A DNA stretch of 64,000 nucleotides, from the NCBI RefSeq assembly GCF_009914755.1, contig NC_060941.1; one strand, given 5' to 3'. The notes below the pieces were generated by a model that saw only the letters and a list, made by a program, of their open reading frames with translations, made no database searches and was not told the DNA's origin. Numbering within the stretch: position 1 is the first letter of the stretch; the number at the start of each line of letters is the position of its first letter. Source of the DNA: the human T2T-CHM13v2.0 reference genome, Homo sapiens. The translations under genes and the position numbers were made by a program. Below are positions 1 through 17,640 of this stretch, in pieces.

Positions 1-270
1 CATTGGCTCTGCTCAGACTGGACTGACTGATTGATGCAGGGTACAGAGGCCTGGCCTTCTCACCCCAACCCAAGCAGTTCAGAAGGGTTGTCTGATTTTT
101 TTCAGCATGTCCGTAGGGTAGGCTGAGGTCTCTGTTGACACTGCAGTGCCAGCTTAACTTCTCTTTTTGCTCAGTTCTGCTGCTTTCCTTTCCCTCTCAA
201 AGCTATTGGTCCAAGAGTGCTCCCTATAAGCCTCTTACATGCTAATCTCCATCTCAGACTCCTGCACTCA
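1..270 (+). mobile_element. LTR16-family (ERVL) LTR, 3' part
   Basis: Ends in CTCCCTATAAGCCTCTTACATGCTAATCTCCATCTCAGA, resembling the LTR16 3' end. Confidence 0.6.
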
Positions 271-306
271 AAGGAAGATGGGCAATGTGAAAATAAACCT
301 ATAGAA

Positions 307-582
307 CAAGCTTGTCCAACCTGTGGCCCATGGGACACATGTGGCCCAGGATGGTTTGAATGCAGCCCAACACAAATCTGTAAACTTTCTTAAAACATGA
401 GATTTTTTTTAAAACATACTTTTTAATAAATGAAATTTTAAAATAGAAACAGGGTCTCACTATGGTGCCCAGGCTGGTCTCAAACTCCAGGGATCAAGTG
501 ATCTTCCCTCCTCAGCCTCTCAAAGTGCTAGGATTACCGGCATGAGCCACCACACCTGACACATTGTGAGATTACTTTGTAA

Positions 583-585
<3 letters not shown>
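307..585 (-). mobile_element. MER30 (hAT-Charlie MITE), partial, interrupted by an Alu monomer
   Basis: CAAGCTTGTCCAACC...GGCCCAGGA...GCAGCCCAACACAAAT...AAACTTTCTTAAAACAT matches one MER30 end; resumes at about 561; other end absent. Confidence 0.8.
442..560 (-). mobile_element. Alu left monomer (FLAM-like)
   Basis: Single left-arm sequence in antisense orientation. Confidence 0.8.
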
Positions 586-968
<383 letters not shown>

Positions 969-974
969 GTCATT

Positions 975-1425
<451 letters not shown>

Positions 1426-1577
1426 TAACAGCCCACGGGAGCTGGGTAATGGCTGCCCCTAGAGAAGGGTCACATGCTCTCCAGTCTGCCACAGGCTCCG
1501 CCATGCCTTATGGTTCTCCCCACCCACTCCCATCACCTACATGGCCCTGTAGCTGGGTGTCTGCAGCCAGAGTTTAG

Positions 1578-1913
<336 letters not shown>

Positions 1914-2262
1914 AAGTACTCACCTTTTCTGTGGCTAATCACAGCACTTGAGAGGGATGGGAAGACAGCCCTATTAGGCTCATCTTATTCACATTTGTAA
2001 ATCTGGCCAGCTGAGCCCCTGGTCTAGACTTCAGCTGTGTAGAGGTCTCTGCTGGGGCCTGTCCAGGAGCCTGGAACCCCAGCCATAAGAGTCACTCTTT
2101 GGAGCCATCTGGGGACTCGTGCCCCTCGAATGGATTAAAGCCATGTCTCCTGGGAAAGGCAAGATGCCATTTAGGAAACACTGGCAGGGAGTGCGGTGCC
2201 TTGACTAGCCCCACATACGTTTTCTCCAGCTGAGAGCCAGCCCCTAAAAGAGTGGATCCCTG

Positions 2263-2340
2263 GCCAGGTGCAGTGGCTCAAGCCTGTAATCCTAGCACTT
2301 TGGGAGGCTGGGGTGGGGGGAGGGGGGATTATCGTTTGAA
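2263..2340 (+). mobile_element. Alu 5' fragment
   Basis: GGCCAGGTGCAGTGGCTCAAGCCTGTAATCCTAGCACTTTGGGAGG then G-run. Confidence 0.85.
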
Positions 2341-2644
2341 AGAGAGTAAAGCGTAGCCTTGAAATTTATCTGCGGGGATGCGAATGGGAAAATAAAGTAT
2401 TCTGGAGCTGGAGAGGGGCTTTTTTTGCCCGCTGGCAGACTGGGGAGAGAATTCAGAAAGCGAAATGGGGAAACTGCCTACAACCAAAGGCTGCTTTCCC
2501 ACCAGCCCTGAGCTCCTCCAGATCTGAGTTGCGTCAGCCCACAGCCTGCCCACCCCTGCCATGGCAAGGTTCTTCTCGGTGCCAGGCAGTTTCACATCCA
2601 CGAGCCCTGCTCTGCCCAGGCCATGCTTGGTACCTTATAGCAGC

Positions 2645-2730
2645 TTTCTCAGTGACTCCTAAAACAGCCTTTTAATCCCCATTTTAGGGATGTGGAAACT
2701 GAGGCTTAGAGAAGTAAAGAAGGTGATGAA
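2645..2730 (-). mobile_element. MIR fragment
   Basis: ATCCCCATTTTAGGGATGTGGAAACTGAGGCTTAGAGAAGTAAA core. Confidence 0.75.
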
Positions 2731-2902
2731 TTTGGGATAAAGGTCCGTCAATGTCTGGATGTTTTCCATCTCATGACGCAGTCCCATGACAATACTACCC
2801 CACCCACACCCCAGTTCAGACAAGACCCTCGCCAGGAGCGGGGAGGCAGCCAGCCGCCTCCTAACCAGCTCCTGTAGCATCAAATCCCTGATCCCTGATC
2901 CC

Positions 2903-2916
2903 GTTGCCATAGAAAC
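2903..2916. promoter_or_regulatory. RFX X-box-like palindrome
   Basis: GTTGCCATAGAAAC; motif match only. Confidence 0.35.
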
Positions 2917-3184
2917 AGCTTTAGACCTCACAGTCTCTCCTGGGCTCAGTAGGGAGGTACTGGAGGGAATAATCCACTATTTGCTAGCAAATTGGGGGAA
3001 TTGTGGCTCATGCTTGACAGAGAGGCAGCCGAAGGTGGGAGGGAGGATGGAGAAGGGCAGCTTGGTGTCATTTGAGCATCTGTCCCCTGTTCTGGGAGAT
3101 CCTGCATCTGCAGGGAGAGGCCCTAGGCTGACTCCCTGGGGTCACCAGGCCGAGGTGCACACCCTCCTTGGATCAGCATCCACG

Positions 3185-3350
3185 AACAGCTCTTCCTCTG
3201 CCAGGCGCTATTCTGGAGATGCAGAAGTGGACACATCCGAGAAGGATCCTGCCTTCAAGGAGCCTACATTCTGGCAGGGGAAGCAGACAGTGGACAGTAG
3301 ACAGTGCATGCATGATAAATAGTGTGAAAGATGCTATGGAAAAAGAAACC
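3185..3350 (-). mobile_element. L2 3' fragment
   Basis: GCCAGGCGCTATTCTGG...CCTGCCTTCAAGGAGCCTACATTCTGGCAGGGGAAGCAGACA. Confidence 0.75.
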
Positions 3351-4539
3351 AGCAGCCCCGGAAACTGGTGATCAGAGAAACAGGGGTTTGCAATTTTAAG
3401 CAATGCAGCACCGTCTTCAAATGCAGGTCGCAGGCACCCACAAACAGAGCCCCACCCGCCCATTTCCAGGCTGACATGGGACCCAGAAGCATGCTTGTTT
3501 TGTGCAGAGGCAAGACGCAGGAAAGTCACAGACTCTGAGGGGAGGTGGCAGTCCCCCTACCCACCCACCCAGACTCGCACAGCCAGAATCCCACCACGAG
3601 TGCCCAGGCTTGGCTTTTGGGGGTTTCCTTTGTTTAAACCCCACCTGTTCTCATCCAAGCATCCTGGGAGGTTCTGCTCAGAGAACACTTGTGGGTAGAT
3701 GAACAGCTCCCTGGGGACAGACATAAAACCTTGGGGAGTCAGACAAACCCATTGCCATGAAAAGAGCTGTACAGCTTACCGGGGAAGGGGCATCGCCTTC
3801 CTCACATGACCCCACCCAGGGGGTGGAGGCCTTTGCCAGTGGCTGCTTTTGCATGTCTGAGGTGGAACAGGGACAGCACTTTGTTTTCCCAACAACAAAG
3901 CTGCTCACCTAACTGCCCCTCCTTGTACCGTCAGTCCTAACTGCCAGCCCACGCAGCCCTGCATCAGCCTGTGGCCGCCTCCTCGTGTCACCTTGGCCTG
4001 CACAGCCTCTGGAGCGCACCTCCCTGGAGGCAGCACGTGCCTGCCCCACACTCTGGGGCATCCTCAGCCCTGCTGGGCCACAGCAAGGCTCCCAAACCCA
4101 CCCCGCTCCCCTCCCACTTAGCAGATGACCCGAGGACCCTGCTTCCTGGGGAAGAGCAGAGGCTTCCAGGCTTGCTTCCCTTGGCTTCCTGTGCACCGCC
4201 CCAGCCCTGCACCCGCTGCCCTCCTCCCTTCTCCTCCAGCCTGGAAGGGGCTGCTGAGGCATAGCTCCCCACGTGGACCTTTGACCTATGCACCCTCCCG
4301 CCCCTGGCTGTGGGGTTCGTAGAGGCCCTGGGCCAAGTCTTCCCCTTAGGCGGTCAAGGTGCTCACATCACCTCTCCACAGACAGTCAGAGACAGCAGCT
4401 TCCTTTCCACTCTCTAATCCTCCTTAGAGCCCTGCTCACACCTCCTCGCAACCGGGGAGAGATTTCACCTTGAACTTGACAATTAATGACATTTCAGTCT
4501 CAGCTGGCTTGTGTCATCTCTTACCAATTCTGACTGGTG

Positions 4540-4905
4540 TCTGACTAGAGGCAACGTGGGACCCTGGATTAGATCCTGCAACAGAAAAAAAGACTTTAGA
4601 GGAGAAACTGGTGGGATTCTAACAAAGTCTGTAGTTTAGTTAACAGTCTGGTACCAGTGCCCATTTCTTAGTTTTGACAGATGTATGCACCCCGGTTAGG
4701 TAGGATGTTAAAATCGGGGGAAGCTGAGTGAAATGGAGATGGGAGTGGTAATTACTTTGCATTTTCAGCAAATCTAAAATTATTCAAAAATAAAAATTTA
4801 TTTTTAAAAAAATGATGAGTCTGGGTAAATGATACACGGGAGTTTTTTGGTACTGTTCTTCCAACTTTTTAAAATAAGTTTGAAAATATTTCCAAATTAA
4901 AGTTC
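4540..4905 (+). mobile_element. Old L1 3' ends (L1MC-like followed by L1ME-like)
   Basis: CCTGGATTAGATCCTG...GTCTGTAGTTTAGTTAACAG...AAATCTAAAATTATTCAAAAATAAAA, then a second 3' end. Confidence 0.75.
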
Positions 4906-4907
4906 CT

Positions 4908-7093
<2,186 letters not shown>

Positions 7094-8879
7094 TCAGACA
7101 GGGCCCTCTCCAGTGTGGGGCCCAAGCAGGGCCTGGGTGCAAGGACGCTCCTGGTCATGGTGTCTCCCCTGGTCACTGGACTAGACCTTCCATCCTGCTC
7201 GGCTCCCAGCAGGCAGAGCCCTTTACTGCCCCCTCCCCTGGCCCAAGGCCCTAGAAGTGGGGAGAAGGCCATGTGGAAGCTGAAACAACTCTGAGAATCC
7301 AGCTCACAGCCTGCTGCAAGTCCCAGGGATGCTTCCAGGCCCCGCTGCTGAGCCGTTCCTCCATCTGCAGTGTATCACGACGTCCCCCGCCCCTCCGCTG
7401 TCTGCTGCCAGCTGAGAGGTTACTAGAGCCTGGGCTCCCTCTGATACTTCCCCAGCCTGTTGTAGGCTGGCGGCCAGAGAGCTTCCTGGGAGCCCAGTGG
7501 TTGACAGCTCTCCTGCCCCAAAGCCTTCCAGGACCATGGGCAGGGGACAAAGAGGGCTGGGGGCTTCCCTGGGGAAGTGATGCACATCAATCTGCTCCTG
7601 AGCCTGCCCCAAGGAGCCAGTGGCGGTTCTTTTGCTGGATTCCCTGAAAGACAGCCATTACTATTGTTGTTGTTAGCATTGAGCGTCCCCAGATAAATGA
7701 GAGCCCTGTTAGGACAGAATTCTGAAGCAAGGAAGGGCTGCCTATCTGGTCTCTGTCTCTGAGCATCAGAAGCTGGGCTTTGGGATTCTGTCTGGGGCCC
7801 CAGGTTCAGACACATCCCCATCCCTTACCTTGAGGCTTGACGAGGGCCAAAGAGTTTGTTGAGACTGCTTCGTCCAAACCCTGGGAGGGAATTCACAGGC
7901 AGCATTTATTCTGCCCTTTTCTATCTACTGACCACAACTTAGAGGACTCTAGTACCTCTAATTCCTTTGCACAGAAGCCCCCATGATAACCCTTCCCCAG
8001 CAGTCTAAGGAGAATGTCCGGTCTGCCAGCTTCTCTTCCCAGGGATGGCAGTTCCAGGGGACGTGGCCATCTCCACCCCATGAGTCCTCTTAATGCACCC
8101 TCCTGACTGGGAGGGCAGACCCCACCCCTGCTGCTGCCAGAATGACAGAGCCCCTGAGGCCAGGCTAGAGTCACTCATGGGAATCAAGACTTCAGGCCAC
8201 TACAAACTGCCTGAGATGACGGGCCAGCCCGCAGGAGTCCACGTGGGGCCACTCTCTGATGAAGGAAGATGGAGGGAGCCAGGGCTGGGGAAAAGGGCTT
8301 CGCCTGCATCCTTGGCAAAGAATCTCTGTTGTGGGCACCCAGGGGCTGCTGAGAGCACTCACCAGGTGGGACTCCCTCGAAACAGTCTGCCCGTTGTTCC
8401 CCGAACGCTTGGCAAAGTGCGCACACTGATGTGTGTGTGTTCCTCCACGTAGCCCCAGCAGGGGAAGTGTGTGTGGGCCTGGGGCGCTCATGCACACAGG
8501 CTGGGCAGGTGCGTGAGCATGCACACATGTGGGTGCCCACAGGCTGCAAGTGCTGCCCGGAGATGCTGCCCGGAATGGCTGCCACTCTTCAGTTGCTGGT
8601 CCCCCACATCAGGTCACACTCGCACTCAGCCCTGTGTCTCAGAAACCTCAGAGACAAACTCCCACCCACATTCGCTCAAAGACCCCAGCCCAAATTAGGA
8701 GTGACATCTCTGCCCTGAGCTCAGCGGTGTCTGCACCACACGCTCAGATAGAGGGCCTGGGAGTCCCCACCCCTCTCCAGAGAGGATTCTGAACTTGTGT
8801 GTGTGCTGATTTTTGGTATGTGCTCAACTTTGACACACACTCACAGCTAAATTGCCAGAAAAGGCTTTTTCTTGAATAG

Positions 8880-9022
8880 TTTTTTGTTGTTGTTGTTGTT
8901 TTGTTTTGTTTTTTTTAGACAGGGTCTCACTCCATCACCCAGGCTGGAGGGCAGTGCGGCGATCAGGGTTCATTCACTGCAGCCTCAAACTTGAACTCCT
9001 GGGCTCAAGCATCTGCCCCCAC
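8880..9022 (-). mobile_element. AluJ right-arm fragment with (GTT)n/(GTTTT)n tail
   Basis: AGACAGGGTCTCACTCCATCACCCAGGCTGGAG...CTCCTGGGCTCAAGC. Confidence 0.85.
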
Positions 9023-9380
9023 CTCTTGTTAAAGAAGCCGCAGGCAAGCTTTTGCAAACAGCCAAGACTTCCCTACTGAGGTAGAGAAAGAGGCCCACAG
9101 CCCACCTTGTCACAGTCGGTGGGGGAGGTAGCGATGGGGAGGAGAGGGCCTCTGCAGTGACCAGGTAGTTGGAGGACAGTGTCCGAGTACCCGAGGGGCA
9201 ATAGCAACTGGGATCCCCGGATGTAGAGGAGCAATTTAATTCCTGCTGGAGCAGCTGTACAGAGAAGTCAAGTTCATCTTGGGGAAGGCAGGGGAAAAGA
9301 AAACTCAGGGAAAAACTCTCTATTTTCTGAGCCAAAAATGGTGGCCCTGGATTCCCTTCTTCAACTTGAGAATGCATTTA

Positions 9381-9696
<316 letters not shown>

Positions 9697-9859
9697 GATG
9701 ACAAGAGCCAGGTCTGCACCATGTGGCCTGCCTCATTGCAGCTCATCCCAGCCTGGGGCTTCAGCTATCCCTGATTCCTCGGCAGGCGCAAGATTCCTCC
9801 TAATAACGAGAACTCCCCCTCCCGCTGCCATGACTGAGGCAACCACAGTGCATCCCGGG

Positions 9860-10330
9860 AGCGTCACCCAAACAGCCGTAAACATGAAGTCACTTTCTGT
9901 TACGCATTGAACAACTCTCCTTTATTAAACAGAATAAAATCGCATGAGCACAAATAGAATCTCCTGCAAAAATATTTATCTGTTAATATAATAGCTGAAA
10001 TCGCCAGGGTTTAGGAAACTGGGAAGAATGACGTCTGTTTTGCTGTGGGCGCTGCCTCAGAGCCGCTGTCTGATGGGTAACATGCAAACGGCTTCTTCCT
10101 CCACCCTCCAAAATATGATCTTCAGAGGCCAGGTTGGCTTTACCCAGTGCAGTAGAGGGGTCCCTAAAATTGGAGCGTGAACCCTGATTTTGTAAGTTGA
10201 ATTCCATTTCCACTGCCCCAGGGGTGCTCGCTATTTAAAAGGGAAATTTTAGCTGTGGCAAAAAAAAAAAAAAAAAGAAATCATTATAATGCAAGTCAGC
10301 TTTCTCTTTTATCCCTTCTTGGTAAATTTG
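9860..10330. promoter_or_regulatory. Candidate enhancer (unique AT-rich block)
   Basis: No recognisable repeat; FOX GTAAACA 9878, TGACGTC 10029, ATGCAAAC 10082, retained CpGs. Confidence 0.3.
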
Positions 10331-10849
10331 ATTTTCAATTTTTCTCTGTGCTTGGGGCTGGGAAGAGTGGAATCCAAGCATGAGAAAAATCAATGGGAAG
10401 TTCCAGGAAGCTATGGCCCAGCCGAATGCTCCAGGGTTCCAGACAGTACCTCAGGGGACTTTGGAGCACTCGGCCCTATTTGCACTTCTGCGGGGCTTTG
10501 CTATGCCTTAAGCCCTCAGGTCAAGGGAACCACTGGCTACTTGGTAGAAGCTTGTGGGGTGACCCCAGGTTACCTGTGTGAGGTTTAGCAGAGCCTAGGG
10601 GCTCGCCTCTTCCTGTCCTCACTGTCCTTGAGACCCTTACGTGCCACCTGGACCAGCTTGCTCCTACCAATTCCTCCCCTGCACTGTCTCAGAGCCTGTT
10701 ATCCTAAAATACAGCTGTCCCTTAAAGCTGGGGACCACCCTTCCACCTAAGCAAGTGGGACCCCTGCCCTGAGCCCCAGGCTGCAGAAGGCCACGCTCTG
10801 GCCACCCCTGGGACACCCTTCCTCCAGGGCAGGGAGTCACCATGATTTG

Positions 10850-11165
10850 GGCCACACATCACAGATGAAGGACAGGAGACTGCGCTCCCTTCAGCTGCAA
10901 GGTCGGGGTCCCCAGTCACCTCACTTCTGATCAGCTGGCTGTACATTCAGGGGTTTCTGTTACCCCCTAAGTTCCAACCCACTAGAATGCTTACAGAACT
11001 CAGGAAACTATTCAATTTAGGATTTCAGTTTTATTTTAACAAAGGATACAAATCAACCAGCCACAGGGTAAGGTGTGTGGGGTGGAGTCTCGGAGGGTTC
11101 CACCTGCAAAGCTTCCATTGTGCTCAGGACCCGTGACCTCCTGCCACACGGATGTGTGATGAGAC
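10850..11165 (-). mobile_element. MER21/MER77-like ERVL LTR fragment
   Basis: CACTTCTGATCAGCTGGCT...CTAGAATGCTTACAGAACTCAGGAAAC...AAGGATACAAATCAACCAGCC. Confidence 0.6.
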
Positions 11166-11214
11166 GCCGGACATCGCCATCATTTCTCCTCCCCCTTCCC
11201 CTTTGAGCCGCCAC

Positions 11215-11377
11215 ATGCTGAGATTGGGCCACCTGGATAGTCCAGGACACTCTCCACATCTCAGCGTCACAACTTAGCCCCATCTACAAAGTCCCTTTTG
11301 CCATGTAGGTAATATGGTCACAGGTTCCAGGGCCTAGGACATGAGCACCTTTGGGGGCCATGATTCTGCAGCCACAC
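11215..11377 (-). mobile_element. MLT1 (D-like) LTR 5' fragment
   Basis: ATTGGGCCACCTGGATAGTCCAGGA...AAAGTCCCTTTTGCCATGTAGGTAA...GGGGGCCATGATTCTG. Confidence 0.75.
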
Positions 11378-11744
11378 CCTGTGACTGGCGCGGAGGCCTT
11401 TCCTGACTCTGGAGGGAATTTGATTCCAGTTTTTTGGAGTCTGTGGAGGGCGTGGCCACGCATAAGGCATGCTGGAGGGCTGAGCCCCAAGCTCCGGGAC
11501 TTGGCCTGGATGGGGCTACATACCTTGAAGTGGGAGGTTGAGAGCTGACATGGTTTGGGTCTGTGTCCCCACCCAAATCTCATGTTCAATTGTAATCACC
11601 AGTGTTGGAGATGGAGCCTGGTGGGAGGTGACTGGATCATGAGGGCAGCTTCTCATGAATGGTTTAGCACCATTGCCTGGATGCTGTCCTCAGGACAGTG
11701 AGAGTGAGCTCTCCTGAGATCTGCTTGTTTAAAAGTGTGTAGCA

Positions 11745-12090
<346 letters not shown>

Positions 12091-12255
12091 CTATGTGAGG
12101 CGTCGACTCCTCCTTCGCCTTCCACCATGATTGTTTCCTGAGGCCTCTCCAGAAGCCGAGCAGAGGCCAGCGCCATGCTTCATGTACAGCCTGCAGAACC
12201 GTGAGCCAATTAAACCTCCTTTCTTTATGAATTACCCAGTCTCAAGGCGTTTTTT

Positions 12256-12563
12256 TTTTTTTTTTTTTTTGTTTTTTTTTTTTGAGACGGAGTCTCGCTG
12301 TCGCCCAGGCTGGAGTGCAGTGGCGCAATCTCGGCTCACTGCAGGCTCCGCCCCCTGGGGTTCACGCCATTCTCCTGCCTCAGCCTCCCGAGTAGCTGGG
12401 ACTACAGGCGCCCGCTACCACGCCCGGCTAATTTTTTGTATTTTTAGTAGAGACGGGGTTTCACCGTGTTAGCCAGGATGGTCTCGATCTCCTGACCTCG
12501 TGATCCGCCCGCCTCGGCCTCCCAAAGTGCTGGGATTACAGGCGTGAGCCACCGCGCCCGGCC
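12256..12563 (-). mobile_element. Young AluY (AluYe-lineage-like) inside MSTB
   Basis: Nearly all CpGs intact; sense reads GAACCCCAGGGGGCGGAGCCTG and GACAGCGAGAC; TSD GGCGTTTTTT. Confidence 0.9.
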
Positions 12564-13184
12564 GGCGTTTTTTAATAGCAATGTGAGAACAGAGGAATAC
12601 AAGGGCTTTTTGCATTCTGTAACCACAGCCCTGCGTCAGTGGAGGTGGGCAGGGAGAAGGCAGGCAGGGCTGGCTATACACAGCTGGTTGGTCTAACTCT
12701 CCGGCTCGGCTCTGGGGTGGCCAGGAAGGGACCCATCATGGGGCAGCTCCCTGCCTTCTCCCAAGTCTGTTCTTGCCCTTAGCCAGGAGCAGGTCCTATG
12801 AGGATTGGAAATGTGGAGACAGCGTGGCCCTGGAGCCCTAGTTCACGCCCTGGCCATCAGAGCTGCTTCTGCTCAAGGCATTGCTTCTTGTTTTCGCCCC
12901 CATTCGTTGCACCTTTGCTGCACAAGACATTTTGCACATATGACCAAGCAAGGGTTCAGGCCCTCATCTTTGATTCCAAAGCTTGTTTTTCACTGCATCC
13001 AAGACCCTCTGCAGTTCCCAAGGCCGCCCTGTACAGTTGTGCAGGTTTTCACTACACAAGAGCAAAAGGCCAAATGCTGAGCGGGGCTGAAATCCAGCCT
13101 GGGCTCCATGCACCCAACTGGGAGCCCACACACAGGCTTCAATCACCCAGAGGGGAGCCTTTCTCAGCTTTGCCCAAAGGTACC

Positions 13185-13775
13185 ATATGATAGCCACCTT
13201 GACAGCTTCCATTTTAGAAATGAAGAAACACAGAGAGGTTAAGTAACATGTCTAAAATCACACAGCTGGTCAGTGATCTTGGGATCCAAGCCTGGTCTTT
13301 GCATTCTATAGCATTGCCTAAAGCAAGGTTCTGCTGAGCAAAAGACCTCAACAGATGCGGTGTTTAAAGGGAAATGTCCAGAGACCGGGGACTCTGCTGG
13401 GTAGAGCATCAGCAACATAACACGGTGGGAACCACAAGCTTAGACATCAAAGATGAGGTCGAAGCCTTGCTCAGTCACCTCTTGGCTGTATAACTTGCAC
13501 AGATAATTCACTTCTCTGAGCCTTGATTTCTCCACCGGTGAAATGGAAAGACTTAGCTTGAATCCCAATGACCACTGACCAGCTGTGTGATCTTATATAT
13601 GTTACTTAACCTCTCTGAGTTTCTTCCTGTCTAAAGCGGAGGCTACTGGGGTGGCTGTTGGCTTTATGTGGTACCTTTGGGTAAATCTGAAAAAGGTCCC
13701 CCTCTGGGCAGTGGCAGTCCTAGCCCATAGAACTGTTGTGAAGATTAAGAAAACGCTGCGGTGCCTGTTTATATT
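13185..13775. mobile_element. Cluster of MIR fragments, both orientations
   Basis: CCATTTTAGAAATGAAGAAAC...GAGAGGTTAAGTAAC; CTTCTCTGAGCCTTGATTTC; TTACTTAACCTCTCTGAG. Confidence 0.7.
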
Positions 13776-14138
13776 TATATTTTTCTGGCTGAAGACCAAT
13801 TTCTCCAGCGTTGAGGTTAATTGAGTGCATGGCTCTGGTCTGCCTGGGAAAGTGCCAGAAAAGAAAGAAAGGCCAAGTTGGAACTGGGGCCAGGGAGGTG
13901 GCCCTGTTGCTGCCCCTCCCATCTCTTGTCCAAGGCATACCATGCTCCCTGGTCTCTGCCGGTCTCAGCTCTGCAGGTGGAGGAGAGGCTGTAGGCTTTG
14001 TATTGAACCAAGCATGGGGGCTCCTATGGAAGGTTTTACAGATGAGAGGAGCAATCGCTGGCTCCCCAGGTTCTTCTCTGGTATAGCATCTTAGGGGAAG
14101 GGATTCCCAGTCTTCCTGGGCTTCTCCTTCCAGCTCTT

Positions 14139-14300
<162 letters not shown>

Positions 14301-14368
14301 TAGCACAACCTCAGGCAAGGTTTTCCTGAGCTCTAATCCTACACCCCCCTGACTTTCCTTCATCCTTA

Positions 14369-14857
<489 letters not shown>

Positions 14858-15153
14858 TTATTTAAACACACAGCTGACACTTGTGCCTCTTGTTTTCGGA
14901 GAGTCGGGGACAGGATATAAACATATTTGGAAAGAAGCCGGAGCAGGGGACATTGACGAACCAGGGGCCTCGGAGGTTCTGGATAATTCTCTTATTCTGG
15001 TCCAGTGCTGACCACACAGGTTTATTTTTCCCTTGCTCAGAGATGATGGGAGGAGAATCAGAGAAACAATGGTCATGCCGACCTCAGGCTTCCTGTGAGG
15101 GTCAGGACATCCATCATTGTTCCTCTACAAATTAATAGACTGGCCCATCCCTG

Positions 15154-15167
15154 GTTGCTACGGCAAC
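15154..15167. promoter_or_regulatory. RFX X-box palindrome
   Basis: GTTGCTACGGCAAC in non-repeat sequence; motif match only. Confidence 0.45.
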
Positions 15168-15785
15168 TGCCCCCAGTGCTTTTGTGATCGTAAAATGGAA
15201 TTCACTGGAAGTCCTTTTCAAGTGAACTCTTCTCCAGACAAACGGATTGAGGAAGGAAATTACCAGAAGGCCCAGCACCTCTGAACAGGTCTTTGTTTCC
15301 AGGAGATGGGCCTGATGAGAGGCTGAGAAGCCACTACCGAAGCCACTACCGGAAAGGACACTATTAATTACAGGGTATTCCAGAAGTTGCCCTGGCCACA
15401 GGGGAGGAGCAGGCTCTGTGGTTTCCACACATAGTTCCCAGCACTGCAATTAACCCAGAGCCTTCCAGAAATGTCAAAGACAATGAGGTTTTATTTTTCT
15501 CCTTTTCTCCCACTATCTTGGGCTCCTTACTTCAAATTGCCTTTGCCCTGTTCTGATCTCTGTGAAGGATGCCACATGCAGGGGAAAAAAATTCCAGCTC
15601 AAAAGCAGAAAATCCCAGAGTCCCCACACCAGAGGCCACCTTGAGGGGTTCTGGGGGAAGCCTCCCTGAGCAGGCCGGACGGTCGACCAGCTTTGCCTGT
15701 TTCATACCAAGACTCCAGAATTCAGTTGCAAAGGAAAACTCCCTATCCTGAGTGCCTTCCTTTTTATACAAAAAACAAAAACAGA

Positions 15786-16107
15786 GGCCGGGCGTGGTGG
15801 CTCATGCCTGTAATCCCAGCACTTTGGGAGACCAAGATGGGTGGATCACTTCGGGCCAGGAGTTCGAGACCAGCCTGGCCAACGTGGCGAAACCCCATCT
15901 CTACCAAAAATACAAAAATTAGCCGGGCATGGTCCACATGCCTGTAATCCCAGCTACTCAGAAGGCTGAAGTAGAACTGTTTGAACCTGGGAGGTGGAGG
16001 TTGCAGTGAGCTGAGATCGCGCCACCACACTCCAGCCTGAGTGACAGAGCAAGACTCTGCCTCAAAAAAGAATTAAAAAATAAAAACAAAAATAATAAAA
16101 CAAAAAC
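15786..16107 (+). mobile_element. AluS
   Basis: Full dimer with mixed A-rich tail. Confidence 0.95.
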
Positions 16108-16474
16108 ACCCAGCATTTCCTCCCAATTATATAAGTCATTCACATCCACAGTAGAAAAATGAGAAAATAGAGAAAACCACACAGAATAAGATAAAGCCAA
16201 TTACAATCCCGTCCGCACCCCAAATACCCACCGCTAGCATTTGGCTGTAAACCTTTCCAGTCCTGTCTCTCTGGGTAACTGCCTTGTTGGCTCCTGACGT
16301 CATTGCTTTTTCTCCCCTGCCCTCTCATGTGTCGATGGGAGGAGGTCCATTGTCCCTCACCCCTGGATGCAAACATTAGCAAATGCATGGCCCCAGCTCC
16401 TTCTCTTAGGTAATAGCTCGTGGCCACGCTGGGTTGCAAACACAGTCTTAATTTGGTCTTCAGAATATTCAGCT

Positions 16475-17640
<1,166 letters not shown>

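Noticed and set aside
2786-3322. 178-aa ATG-initiated ORF in mostly non-Alu sequence
   Set aside because: No recognisable domain, and the 3' part runs through an antisense L2; consistent with a chance GC-rich ORF.
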